This document shows positions 49,255 through 59,965 of a DNA stretch of 64,000 nt, in pieces (position 1 is the stretch's first letter; each line of letters opens with the position of its first letter). The notes under the pieces were generated by a model. The model saw nothing but the letters and a program-made list of their open reading frames with translations. It made no database searches and was not told the origin of the DNA. The position numbers and the translations under genes are program-made. Source of the stretch: a virus. The stretch lies in the UHGV virus genome UHGV-0171999; one strand, 5' to 3'.

Positions 49255-49506
49255 ATGGAAACTTTAGTAGCAGGTTCAATTTTTATGGTTTTAGTTTCAG
49301 GCGTGTTGGCTATTATTATATACATGCTTCCGTGGTTCATCGCCTTGATGCGTGGGTCAAAATCGACAGTAGGAATCTTTTTCACATCTTTACTGTTTAA
49401 CTGGTCAATTATTGGTTGGTTTATTACATTTATTTGGTCAATTGCGGGTGAAACTAAAAAATCTGTGCAGCAAAATCAAGTAATTATCATCAGAGAGAAG
49501 GAATGA
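49255..49506 (+). CDS. imm: superinfection immunity membrane protein Imm
   Basis: 83-aa two-helix membrane protein immediately upstream of gene 42. Confidence 0.75.
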   Translation: METLVAGSIFMVLVSGVLAIIIYMLPWFIALMRGSKSTVGIFFTSLLFNWSIIGWFITFIWSIAGETKKSVQQNQVIIIREKE

Positions 49507-49652
49507 AAAGCAAATTTTTAGCAGTATTGCTTTTAATCTTGATGATTATAATAAGTATATACTATAGCGTAACGGTTCCTTGTATGATTCCGACACTTAT
49601 TATAGGTTGGGGTTTATTACTGTTACAAGTTAAATATGAATGTATCAATTGA
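49503..49652 (+). CDS. small membrane protein
   Basis: 49-aa hydrophobic ORF, ATGA-coupled to imm. Confidence 0.4.
   Translation: MKSKFLAVLLLILMIIISIYYSVTVPCMIPTLIIGWGLLLLQVKYECIN
49526..49552 (+). promoter_or_regulatory. candidate T4 middle promoter (MotA box) for gene 42
   Basis: TTGCTTTTA, about 11 nt, TATAAT. Confidence 0.35.
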
Positions 49653-49659
49653 GGTTTAA

Positions 49660-50400
49660 ATGATTAATGACTCTTTGACAGTTGAAGAAATCCGTCTTCA
49701 TTTGGGAATTGCGTTAAAGGAAAAAGATTTCGTAATTGATAAAACTGGCGTTAAAACTATTGAAATTATTGGTGCATCATTTGTAGCAGATGAACCTTTT
49801 ATTTTTGGCGCTCTTAATGATGAATACATTCAACGTGAACTTGAATGGTACAAGTCTCAAAGTCTGTTTGTTAAAGATATTCCAGGTGAAACACCAAAGA
49901 TTTGGCAACAGGTAGCATCTTCTAAAGGCGAAATTAACTCGAATTATGGTTGGGCCATCTGGTCAGAAGATAACTATGCCCAGTATGATATGTGTTTAGC
50001 TGAACTTGGTCAAAATCCTGATTCTCGACGTGGTATCATGATTTATACTCGTCCATCCATGCAGTTTGACTACAACAAAGATGGTATGTCAGATTTCATG
50101 TGTACTAATACAGTACAGTACCTGATTCGTGATAAGAAAGTCAATGCAGTAGTAAGCATGCGCTCAAATGACGTGGTCTTCGGATTCCGTAATGATTATG
50201 CATGGCAAAAATACGTATTAGATAAATTAGTATCTGATTTGAATGCAGGCGATTCAACTCGTCAGTATAAAGCAGGTTCTATTATATGGAATGTTGGAAG
50301 TCTTCATGTATATTCTCGTCATTTTTACTTGGTTGATCATTGGTGGAATACTGGCGAAACTCATATTGTGAAAAAAGACTATAAAGGTGAGTGGAAATGA
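49660..50400 (+). CDS. 42: dCMP hydroxymethylase gp42
   Basis: MINDSLTVEEIRLHLGIALKEKDFVIDKTGVKTIEIIGASFVADEPFIFG... matches remembered T4 gp42; 246 aa. Confidence 0.95.
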   Translation: MINDSLTVEEIRLHLGIALKEKDFVIDKTGVKTIEIIGASFVADEPFIFGALNDEYIQRELEWYKSQSLFVKDIPGETPKIWQQVASSKGEINSNYGWAIWSEDNYAQYDMCLAELGQNPDSRRGIMIYTRPSMQFDYNKDGMSDFMCTNTVQYLIRDKKVNAVVSMRSNDVVFGFRNDYAWQKYVLDKLVSDLNAGDSTRQYKAGSIIWNVGSLHVYSRHFYLVDHWWNTGETHIVKKDYKGEWK

Positions 50401-51239
50401 TTCAATTCGTAATTCCAAGTTATCAGCGTGTCGGGGCAGTTTCTGCCCTTGATATGTTTCCGACTGATTATGAACCCCATATTGTAGTGCGTGAACATGA
50501 AGAAAAAGCTTATTATGACGCTTACGGGTCTAGAGCTAAAATTGTAGTTATTCCCGATGATGTAAATGGAATTGCTGGAACTCGTAAAGCAATTACTGAT
50601 ATGTATGCAGGCCAACGAATTTGGATGATTGATGATGATACTACTATTCGTATGAGTTCAATGCGAAAGAAAGATGATCGTCGCTGCGTAGATAAAATTA
50701 ATCAATTAACTCGTGAACAGTTCTATGAATTGATTCAATACGTGGAAGATGCAATGGATTGCGGGTATTATCATGGTCATGCTCGTCTACCTATTTTTAA
50801 AATTACTTCATCTTGGGGTAATTATCGTGAAAATTCATATGGATTCACGAATACCTGGTATGACCTCGGAAAACTTACAACAGAACAAATTGGGTATGGA
50901 AAAATTGATTTATGCGAAGATATGTATGCATTTCTCAATTTAATTAATCAAGGTTATCCGCATTTGGCCTTGTTCAAATATCTGGTTGTATCTGGAAAAG
51001 CACAGGCTCCTGGCGGATGTAGTTCAATTCGTAGTAATTCAAAACATAATAGAGCGCTCGAGCAAATCAATAGAGAATTTCCAGAGCAAGCTCGTTGGAA
51101 AACATCGAATATTGAAAATAGAAAATCGTTGGGTGAAGAAGACGAGCCATTAAAAGTTCTTCGCATGTGTGTTTCACGTAAAGAAAAATCAGAAGCATTT
51201 CATAAGTTTAATGCTATTCATCCAATAGCAGTTGATTAA
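50397..51239 (+). CDS. putative DNA-modifying glycosyltransferase with DxD motif (GT-A-like), at the position of T4 beta-gt
   Basis: 280 aa; RIWMIDDDTTIR DxD motif; sits between 42 and uvsX and is unlike remembered T4 beta-gt. Confidence 0.55.
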   Translation: MIQFVIPSYQRVGAVSALDMFPTDYEPHIVVREHEEKAYYDAYGSRAKIVVIPDDVNGIAGTRKAITDMYAGQRIWMIDDDTTIRMSSMRKKDDRRCVDKINQLTREQFYELIQYVEDAMDCGYYHGHARLPIFKITSSWGNYRENSYGFTNTWYDLGKLTTEQIGYGKIDLCEDMYAFLNLINQGYPHLALFKYLVVSGKAQAPGGCSSIRSNSKHNRALEQINREFPEQARWKTSNIENRKSLGEEDEPLKVLRMCVSRKEKSEAFHKFNAIHPIAVD

Positions 51240-51316
51240 TGCCTAAATTTATTGTGTTATAATTACTCTATCTTTAACCAGTGAGGAAAATATAATGATG
51301 CCTATGGAAAAAATGA

Positions 51317-52498
51317 ATGTCTATTGCAGATTTAAAATCCCGTTTGATTAAAGCTTCCACTTCTAAAATGACTGCTGAACTGACTACATCTAAATTCTTT
51401 AATGAAAAGGATGTAATCCGTACAAAAATTCCAATGCTTAATATCGCTATTTCTGGTGCGATTGATGGCGGCATGCAGTCTGGTTTAACTATTTTCGCAG
51501 GGCCTTCTAAACACTTTAAATCAAATATGTCTTTGACTATGGTTGCGGCATATTTGAACAAATATCCTGACGCGGTTTGTCTATTCTATGATAGCGAATT
51601 TGGTATTACTCCAGCTTATTTGCGATCCATGGGAGTTGACCCGGAACGAGTAATTCATACGCCGATTCAGTCAGTTGAACAGCTGAAAATTGATATGGTG
51701 AATCAGCTTGAAGCTATTGAGCGCGGTGAAAAGGTTATTGTATTCATCGACTCAATCGGTAATATGGCTTCTAAGAAAGAAACGGAAGATGCCTTGAATG
51801 AAAAATCTGTGGCAGATATGACTCGTGCTAAATCACTGAAGTCATTATTCCGTATTGTTACTCCTTATTTTAGTATTAAAAACATTCCATGTGTTGCGGT
51901 TAACCATACAATTGAAACAATTGAAATGTTTAGTAAAACCGTGATGACAGGTGGTACAGGCGTAATGTATTCGGCTGATACTGTATTCATTATCGGTAAG
52001 CGCCAGATTAAAGATGGATCTGATCTTCAGGGGTATCAATTTGTTCTAAATGTAGAAAAATCTCGTACCGTCAAAGAAAAAAGTAAATTCTTTATTGATG
52101 TTAAATTTGACGGTGGTATCGATCCTTATTCTGGATTGTTAGATATGGCTCTTGAATTAGGATTTGTGGTAAAACCTAAAAATGGCTGGTATGCTCGTGA
52201 ATTTCTTGACGAAGAAACCGGCGAGATGATTCGCGAAGAAAAATCTTGGCGTGCAAAAGATACCAATTGCACTACATTCTGGGGTCCTTTATTTAAGCAT
52301 CAACCATTCCGAGATGCTATTAAACGTGCTTATCAGTTAGGTGCTATTGATAGTAATGAAATTGTTGAAGCTGAAGTTGATGAATTGATTAACTCAAAGG
52401 TTGAAAAATTTAAATCTCCAGAAAGTAAAAGTAAATCAGCAGCTGATTTAGAAACTGACCTAGATCAGTTAAGTGATATGGAAGAATTTAATGAATAA
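51317..52498 (+). CDS. uvsX: recombinase UvsX (RecA-like)
   Basis: 393 aa; sequence matches remembered T4 UvsX along its length. Confidence 0.95.
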   Translation: MSIADLKSRLIKASTSKMTAELTTSKFFNEKDVIRTKIPMLNIAISGAIDGGMQSGLTIFAGPSKHFKSNMSLTMVAAYLNKYPDAVCLFYDSEFGITPAYLRSMGVDPERVIHTPIQSVEQLKIDMVNQLEAIERGEKVIVFIDSIGNMASKKETEDALNEKSVADMTRAKSLKSLFRIVTPYFSIKNIPCVAVNHTIETIEMFSKTVMTGGTGVMYSADTVFIIGKRQIKDGSDLQGYQFVLNVEKSRTVKEKSKFFIDVKFDGGIDPYSGLLDMALELGFVVKPKNGWYAREFLDEETGEMIREEKSWRAKDTNCTTFWGPLFKHQPFRDAIKRAYQLGAIDSNEIVEAEVDELINSKVEKFKSPESKSKSAADLETDLDQLSDMEEFNE

Positions 52499-52841
52499 AG
52501 ATGATTTAGATTTAGATTTAGATCTAGAAATTATCGACGAATCCCCCTCTTCGGAGGGGGAAGAAGAAAGAAAAGAACGTCTTTTTAATGAATCTCTTAA
52601 GATAATTAAATCTGCCATGGAAAATGTTATCCAGGAGATTGTCATTAAACTAGAAGATGGTTCTACACACATTGTGTATGTGACAAAATTAGATTGGGTT
52701 GATGGAAAAGTCGTAATGGACTTTGCTGTTCTTGACCAAGAAAGAAAAGCTGAGTTAGCTCCTCATGTAGAAAAATGTATTACAATGCAACTACAAGATG
52801 CATTTAATAAAAGGTCAAAGAAAAAATTTAAATTCTTTTAA
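52491..52841 (+). CDS. 40: head vertex assembly chaperone gp40
   Basis: Acidic DLDLDLDLE N-terminus; position between uvsX and 41. Confidence 0.7.
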   Translation: MNKDDLDLDLDLEIIDESPSSEGEEERKERLFNESLKIIKSAMENVIQEIVIKLEDGSTHIVYVTKLDWVDGKVVMDFAVLDQERKAELAPHVEKCITMQLQDAFNKRSKKKFKFF

Positions 52842-52850
52842 GGAGTAAGT

Positions 52851-54278
52851 GTGGTAGAAATTATTCTTTCTCATCTCATATTTGATCAAGCTTATTTTTC
52901 AAAAGTTTGGCCATATATGGATTCAGAATATTTTGAAAGTGGTCCAGCTAAAAATACATTCAAATTAATTAAATCTCATGTTAATGAGTACCATAGCGTT
53001 CCATCTATTAATGCGTTAAATGTTGCATTAGAAAATAGTTCATTTACTGAAACAGAATATTCTGGTGTAAAAACACTTATTTCGAAACTAACCGATTCTC
53101 CAGAAGACCACAGCTGGTTAGTAAAAGAAACAGAAAAATATGTTCAGCAAAGGGCGATGTTTAATGCTACGTCTAAAATAATTGAAATTCAAACTAATGC
53201 TGAGCTTCCTCCAGAAAAACGAAATAAGAAAATGCCAGATGTAGGTGCTATTCCTGACATCATGCGCCAAGCATTATCAATTTCATTTGATAGTTACGTT
53301 GGTCATGATTGGATGGATGACTACGAAGCACGTTGGCTATCTTATATGAATAAAGCTCGTAAGGTTCCATTTAAACTCAAAATTCTAAATAAAATTACTA
53401 AAGGCGGAGCTGAAACTGGAACACTGAACGTTTTAATGGCCGGTGTTAACGTTGGTAAGTCATTAGGTCTGTGTTCATTGGCAGCAGATTATTTACAGCT
53501 CGGTCATAATGTTCTTTACATTTCAATGGAAATGGCAGAAGAAGTCTGTGCTAAGCGTATTGACGCTAACATGCTCGATGTTTCTCTTGATGACATTGAT
53601 GATGGGCATATTTCTTACGCTGAATATAAAGGAAAAATGGAAAAATGGCGTGAGAAATCTACTCTCGGTCGTTTAATTGTTAAACAATATCCTACTGGTG
53701 GAGCAGACGCTAATACATTTAGATCGCTTTTAAACGAATTAAAACTCAAGAAGAATTTTGTTCCAACAATCATTATTGTTGACTATCTAGGTATTTGTAA
53801 ATCTTGTCGCATCAGAGTTTACTCAGAAAATAGTTACACAACTGTTAAAGCTATCGCAGAGGAATTGCGTGCTCTGGCTGTTGAAACCGAAACCGTTCTT
53901 TGGACTGCAGCACAGGTTGGTAAGCAAGCTTGGGATTCTTCTGATGTTAACATGAGCGATATTGCAGAATCTGCCGGTCTTCCAGCAACAGCCGATTTTA
54001 TGCTTGCGGTCATTGAAACCGAGGAGTTAGCAGCTGCTGAACAACAACTCATTAAGCAAATCAAATCACGATATGGTGATAAGAATAAATGGAATAAGTT
54101 TTTGATGGGTGTTCAAAAAGGAAATCAGAAATGGGTAGAAATTGAACAAGATTCTACTCCAACCGAAGTGAACGAAGTAGCAGGTTCGCAGCAGATTCAG
54201 GCTGAGCAGAATCGCTATCAAAGAAACGAATCCGCTCGAGCTCAGTTAGATGCTTTGGCAAATGAATTAAAATTTTAG
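52851..54278 (+). CDS. 41: replicative DNA helicase gp41
   Basis: MVEIILSHLIFDQAYFSKVWPYMDSEYFESGPAKNTFKLIKSHVNEYH... matches remembered T4 gp41; 475 aa; GTG start. Confidence 0.95.
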   Translation: MVEIILSHLIFDQAYFSKVWPYMDSEYFESGPAKNTFKLIKSHVNEYHSVPSINALNVALENSSFTETEYSGVKTLISKLTDSPEDHSWLVKETEKYVQQRAMFNATSKIIEIQTNAELPPEKRNKKMPDVGAIPDIMRQALSISFDSYVGHDWMDDYEARWLSYMNKARKVPFKLKILNKITKGGAETGTLNVLMAGVNVGKSLGLCSLAADYLQLGHNVLYISMEMAEEVCAKRIDANMLDVSLDDIDDGHISYAEYKGKMEKWREKSTLGRLIVKQYPTGGADANTFRSLLNELKLKKNFVPTIIIVDYLGICKSCRIRVYSENSYTTVKAIAEELRALAVETETVLWTAAQVGKQAWDSSDVNMSDIAESAGLPATADFMLAVIETEELAAAEQQLIKQIKSRYGDKNKWNKFLMGVQKGNQKWVEIEQDSTPTEVNEVAGSQQIQAEQNRYQRNESARAQLDALANELKF

Positions 54279-54334
54279 TTTACAAGCCGACAAGACTATG
54301 GTAAGTAGTCTTGTTGGTTAAATGAGGAGATGTT

Positions 54335-54517
54335 ATGGAATTAGTAAAGGTAGTTTTTATGGGGTGGTTTAAGAATGAAAGCATGTTTACTAAAGAAATC
54401 ACAATGATGAAAGATGACGTTCAATGGGCTACTACTCAATATGCTGAAGTTAATAAAGCGCTAGTTAAAGCTTTCATTGATGACAAGAAAGTATGCGAAG
54501 TTGATTGCCGAGGATAA
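54335..54517 (+). CDS. dmd: Dmd, inhibitor of host RnlA/LsoA toxins
   Basis: MELVKVVFMGWFKNESMFTKEITMMKDDVQWATTQYAEVNKALVKAFIDDKKVCEVDCRG matches remembered T4 Dmd; 60 aa. Confidence 0.9.
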   Translation: MELVKVVFMGWFKNESMFTKEITMMKDDVQWATTQYAEVNKALVKAFIDDKKVCEVDCRG

Positions 54518-54518
54518 T

Positions 54519-54761
54519 ATGCATATTGTTTTATTTAAACCTACTCCGTATAACGTCAGGAAAAATACGCAATTCAAAGCACTTGTTGCAGATACGTGGG
54601 AATTGGTGTTAGATATTCCAGCAGAAGAAAGTCCTCCATTTGGTCGAGTGGAATTTATTAAGTTTGCTGTTCGCCCTACGAAGCGACAGATTCGTCAATG
54701 CAAAAGATACTTTCGTAAAATCGTCAAGTTAGAGAAACGGTTATTGATGCTAGTAAAATAG
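54519..54761 (+). CDS. hypothetical protein (61.4-like)
   Basis: ATG after GAGGA; 80 aa. Confidence 0.5.
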   Translation: MHIVLFKPTPYNVRKNTQFKALVADTWELVLDIPAEESPPFGRVEFIKFAVRPTKRQIRQCKRYFRKIVKLEKRLLMLVK

Positions 54762-54763
54762 TA

Positions 54764-54793
54764 GTTTACAAGCTGATAGAGTTGTGTTATAGT
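54764..54793 (+). promoter_or_regulatory. T4 early promoter
   Basis: GTTTAC, 18-nt spacer, TATAGT. Confidence 0.55.
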
Positions 54794-54824
54794 AATTCTA
54801 TCAGCTAATCGCGGAGAAAAGAAA

Positions 54825-55079
54825 ATGATGCTAGTTAATAGAGAATATCAGTTTAAATCAGAAGAAGATTTGGAAAAATTCGCAAGTGGTTGTGAACTGA
54901 ATAGACGCACAGCTAAAGTCATAGGATTAAAACCCTTTACAGTTCTAGATTGTGAAGTTTCTAAATTCCGCAGAGGGTGTTCTATTAGCGGTCATGCTCT
55001 GGTTGATGGGAATACATTTTTCTTTGTTTTTAGCGTCAGAGAACTTTTATTGATTAACGAACTTGAGGAAATAAAATAG
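54825..55079 (+). CDS. hypothetical protein
   Basis: 84-aa ORF after GGAGAAAAG. Confidence 0.55.
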   Translation: MMLVNREYQFKSEEDLEKFASGCELNRRTAKVIGLKPFTVLDCEVSKFRRGCSISGHALVDGNTFFFVFSVRELLLINELEEIK

Positions 55080-55108
55080 TTTACTTTTGTTTTAAACATG
55101 TTATTATA
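55079..55108 (+). promoter_or_regulatory. T4 early promoter
   Basis: GTTTAC, 18-nt spacer, TATTAT. Confidence 0.5.
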
Positions 55109-55131
55109 GACCTATCAAAACAAACGAGTAA

Positions 55132-55326
55132 ATGGAGAACAAAATGTCTAAAGTATCAGGTTATCAATTATTAACACAAGAACAACGTTCAGAGATGGAT
55201 TCTTTACAAGAACGGTGTCAGCATAGAAATAACGCACTTGATTCATTTTTATTAGTTGAATATGAAAACTTGTGCTCTAGACTTGAAAAAGAATATGTTC
55301 ATCAACATGAAGGAGGAGAAGAATGA
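55132..55326 (+). CDS. small acidic hypothetical protein
   Basis: 64-aa ORF. Confidence 0.5.
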   Translation: MENKMSKVSGYQLLTQEQRSEMDSLQERCQHRNNALDSFLLVEYENLCSRLEKEYVHQHEGGEE

Positions 55327-55429
55327 AACTGAAATCACCAATTATTGCAATTTGTCTGTTTGCTTCTACTGGTGTTTACTTTTGTTGAAAATTGAGATAT
55401 TATAAACATAAACTACTGAGGAGATTATC

Positions 55430-55723
55430 ATGAAAAAATTTATCTTTGCTGCAATTTTTGCTTTATCTTCTTGCGCTGCCCAGCCTGCCATGGCAGGTTA
55501 TGACAAAGATTTATGTGAATGGTCTATGACTGCAGATCAGACTGAGGTTGAAACTCAAATTGAAGCAGATATTATGAATATCGTTGAGCGTGATCGCCCT
55601 GAAATGAAAGCTGAAGTGCAAAAACAGCTTAAATCTGGCGGGGTAATGCAGTATAATTACGTTCTGTATTGCGATAAAAACTTCAATAATAAAAATATCA
55701 TCGCTGAAGTGGTAGGTGAATAA
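55430..55723 (+). CDS. sp: periplasmic spackle protein Sp
   Basis: 97 aa with signal peptide MKKFIFAAIFALSSCAAQPAMA; size and position as T4 Sp. Confidence 0.75.
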   Translation: MKKFIFAAIFALSSCAAQPAMAGYDKDLCEWSMTADQTEVETQIEADIMNIVERDRPEMKAEVQKQLKSGGVMQYNYVLYCDKNFNNKNIIAEVVGE

Positions 55724-56349
55724 TGCTTTATCAAATGCACAAGTGCAAAGATACATACAAATATAAAGGTGCCCAGTGTTATATCATTAATCGTGAAAAC
55801 GCGGGTCCAGGTCATTCGCATCAATCACGGTTTGTATTCGTTAAAAACAATGAAATTATAGCAGTTGCTAATTACATGCTTGTGACTAATGATGTTAATC
55901 CGGTGCCTTTTACATATTATAATCTAATGGATTTGGCGTACGATTATAATTGGTTTAATCATGACACTTTGGCTCATATTGAAGGCGTAGGATTTGACAT
56001 CTCTTATTCTAGTTACTCGTTGTGTCCTATGAGCCGAGCTCATAGAGAGCCTGAATATTTTTCATTTCGTCGGCGTGTAGACTTTAAACGCAGTACAGAG
56101 TATGTCGGTGGAATCTTTGTTAAAGATAATCGAATTACTCGCATTATTTATCCTTTGGGTTGTGGTCAAAAAGATATTGATGTTGATTTAGACTTTACTG
56201 AAAACGTCATTAATCATATTGCTTCTGTGTATTTTGATATTGATCACAAAATTGTAATATGTGGATATGAATTACCATCAGAAAAACAGTCTAAAATAGA
56301 TGTTTCTATTGATGACCAAATTTTTAATGCTTTTATGAATAGAGGTTAA
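55723..56349 (+). CDS. hypothetical protein
   Basis: 208-aa ORF coupled to sp. Confidence 0.55.
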   Translation: MLYQMHKCKDTYKYKGAQCYIINRENAGPGHSHQSRFVFVKNNEIIAVANYMLVTNDVNPVPFTYYNLMDLAYDYNWFNHDTLAHIEGVGFDISYSSYSLCPMSRAHREPEYFSFRRRVDFKRSTEYVGGIFVKDNRITRIIYPLGCGQKDIDVDLDFTENVINHIASVYFDIDHKIVICGYELPSEKQSKIDVSIDDQIFNAFMNRG

Positions 56350-56350
56350 T

Positions 56351-56515
56351 ATGAAAACATATAAAGAATTTATTAAAGAAGATATGGTTGCTGGAGATTC
56401 AGGTGGTAATCCTGAAAATATCTCTACTGGAACAACATCAGGTGCTGTAGTAAATAAAGGTCCTGAACAGATTCCTAAAAAGAAAAAAGAGGAATCTAAA
56501 GAAAAAGAAGAGTAA
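56351..56515 (+). CDS. small protein with internal-protein-like N-terminal leader
   Basis: 54 aa; N-terminus MKTYKEFIKED; Gly/Ser-rich then Lys/Glu-rich tail. Confidence 0.45.
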   Translation: MKTYKEFIKEDMVAGDSGGNPENISTGTTSGAVVNKGPEQIPKKKKEESKEKEE

Positions 56516-56517
56516 AA

Positions 56518-57546
56518 ATGTCATCAATACCTTGGATTGATAATGAGTTTGCATACCGTGCATTAGCTCATTTACCTAAATTCGCACAAGTAAATAATAG
56601 TTCAACTTTTAAATTACGGTTTAGATGCCCTGTTTGTGGAGATTCAAAAACCGACCAAAATAAAGCCCGTGGATGGTATTATGGTGATAATAATGAAGGA
56701 AATATTCATTGTTATAACTGTAACTATCATGCACCAATCGAAATATATTTAAAGGAGTTTGAACCTGATTTATATCGTGAGTATATCTTTGAAATAAGAA
56801 AAGAAAAAGGTAAAAGTCGTCCAGTAGAAAAACCTAAAGAACTTCCTAAACAGCCTGAGAAGAAAATAATTAAATCTCTTCCGTCATGCGTTAGATTAGA
56901 TAAATTGGCGGAAGACCACCCAATTATAAAATATGTAAAAGCTCGTTGTATTCCAAAGGATAAATGGAAATATCTTTGGTTTACAACTGAATGGCCTAAA
57001 TTAGTTAATAGTATAGCGCCAGGAACATATAAAAAGGAAATACCTGAGCCTCGTCTTGTTATTCCAATTTATAATGCTAACGGAAAAGCTGAGTCTTTTC
57101 AAGGACGTGCATTAAAGAAAGATGCTCCTCAAAAATATATCACTATCAAAGCTTATCCTGAGGCAACAAAAATCTATGGAGTCGAGCGAGTTAAAGATGG
57201 TGATGTATATGTTCTAGAAGGACCTATCGATTCACTTTTTATTGAAAACGGTATAGCTATTACGGGTGGTCAATTAGACCTAGAAATTGTTCCATTTAAA
57301 GATAGACGTGTATGGGTTTTAGATAATGAACCTCGTCACCCTGACACTATTAAACGAATGACTAAATTGGTTGATGCAGGAGAAAGGGTTATGTTTTGGG
57401 ACAAATCTCCCTGGAAATCAAAAGATGTTAATGATATGATTAGAAAGGAAGGTGCAACCCCTAAACAAATTATGGAATATATGAAAAATAATATTGCCCA
57501 GGGGTTGATGGCTAAAATGCGGCTATCTAAATATGCTAAGATTTAA
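56518..57546 (+). CDS. 61: DNA primase gp61
   Basis: Zn-binding CPVCGDSK...CYNCNYH and TOPRIM-like region; 342 aa. Confidence 0.9.
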   Translation: MSSIPWIDNEFAYRALAHLPKFAQVNNSSTFKLRFRCPVCGDSKTDQNKARGWYYGDNNEGNIHCYNCNYHAPIEIYLKEFEPDLYREYIFEIRKEKGKSRPVEKPKELPKQPEKKIIKSLPSCVRLDKLAEDHPIIKYVKARCIPKDKWKYLWFTTEWPKLVNSIAPGTYKKEIPEPRLVIPIYNANGKAESFQGRALKKDAPQKYITIKAYPEATKIYGVERVKDGDVYVLEGPIDSLFIENGIAITGGQLDLEIVPFKDRRVWVLDNEPRHPDTIKRMTKLVDAGERVMFWDKSPWKSKDVNDMIRKEGATPKQIMEYMKNNIAQGLMAKMRLSKYAKI

Positions 57547-57743
57547 ATTAACCCAACTAAAGCAAATGCTAAATCTACGAATGTATCAAGAGTAATTACT
57601 GGAATATTAACGCCATGAGCAATAGCAACTGGCGATAAAACAAAATTCCAAAGTAAAATTCCTACCATAGCAGAAATAGTAAAAGCTATACGTTTTTTAT
57701 TACCTTTGATGGCATTAACAAGTGCCATTAATTTTTGTACCAT
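57543..57743 (-). CDS. small hydrophobic membrane protein on minus strand
   Basis: 66-aa ORF with strong minus-strand Shine-Dalgarno AAGGAGGA; near-consensus late promoter upstream. Confidence 0.5.
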   Translation of the reverse strand: MVQKLMALVNAIKGNKKRIAFTISAMVGILLWNFVLSPVAIAHGVNIPVITLDTFVDLAFALVGLI

Positions 57744-57791
57744 GTGTCGTCCTCCTTTAAATTAATATTTATTGCAAATTTTACAAAATTT

Positions 57792-57821
57792 GTTTACTTT
57801 CTCAGCTTGTTATGGTATTAT
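57792..57821 (+). promoter_or_regulatory. T4 early promoter
   Basis: GTTTAC, 18-nt spacer, TGGTATTAT. Confidence 0.55.
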
Positions 57822-57846
57822 AAAATAAACTGCTGAGGATAATATA

Positions 57847-59185
<1,339 letters not shown>

Positions 59186-59186
<1 letters not shown>

Positions 59187-59212
59187 TTGCTTATATACTT
59201 AAATGATATAAT
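59186..59212 (+). promoter_or_regulatory. candidate T4 middle promoter (MotA box) for gene 56
   Basis: TTGCTTAT, about 12 nt, TATAAT. Confidence 0.4.
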
Positions 59213-59246
59213 TATTTAACTTATTAATGAATTGAAAGGAAAAATA

Positions 59247-59765
59247 ATGGCATATTTCAACGAATGTAGTCAACTGATCGAAGGCGCTGATAAAGCTCAA
59301 AATGAATACTGGGATATTCTCGGTGATGAAAAAGACCCGCTGCAGGTCATGCTTGATATGCAGAAATCTCTGCAGGTTCGTTTAGCTAAAGATAAACCCG
59401 AATATAACCGTCATCCTGATGATTTGGCTACTGCAGGTGAAGTTGTTGATTGGCTGCGTAATCAGAAAGATTATATTGATGATGAATTCCGCGAACTTCT
59501 GACTTCTCTTGGTGGTATGAGCAATGGCGAAAAAGATGCATCTGCTGTATGGAAGCCATGGAAAGCTCAACATGGTGAACGTCGTGAAACTCTGATTACT
59601 GATTTGTCTCCACAAGACCAGTTGGAAATTAAATTCGAAATGATTGATATTCTTCATTTCGTTTTGAACATGTTCCAAGGTCTCGGTCTTACGGCTGAAG
59701 AAATCTTTAAACTTTATTATCTGAAGAATGCAGAAAATTTCGCTCGTCAAGACCGAGGTTATTAA
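59247..59765 (+). CDS. 56: dCTPase/dUTPase gp56
   Basis: Internal ATG MAYFNEC... after AAAGGA; 172 aa as T4 gp56. Confidence 0.8.
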   Translation: MAYFNECSQLIEGADKAQNEYWDILGDEKDPLQVMLDMQKSLQVRLAKDKPEYNRHPDDLATAGEVVDWLRNQKDYIDDEFRELLTSLGGMSNGEKDASAVWKPWKAQHGERRETLITDLSPQDQLEIKFEMIDILHFVLNMFQGLGLTAEEIFKLYYLKNAENFARQDRGY

Positions 59766-59965
59766 TGGCTCGTTTAAATAAACGCCAGCTTAAGAAAGCC
59801 CACAAGAAACGTATTGACCAGCTATTTAAAAATTATGACAAGGAGCTCACATACGAGCTCTTATCTAATCAGCTCCGCAAAGCTCACACAATTAAAACTG
59901 GACATATACCAGGTAAGTGGTTGCATGAAGAATCCTTAAAATTAATTATAGAGCATTCAAAATGA
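59765..59965 (+). CDS. small basic hypothetical protein
   Basis: 66-aa ORF in the 56-soc interval. Confidence 0.5.
   Translation: MARLNKRQLKKAHKKRIDQLFKNYDKELTYELLSNQLRKAHTIKTGHIPGKWLHEESLKLIIEHSK

Noticed and set aside
51295-51351. Short upstream ORF (MMPMEKMNVYCRFKIPFD) overlapping the uvsX start
   Set aside because: Only 18 codons with several ATGs in an AT-rich leader; no evidence it is more than chance.
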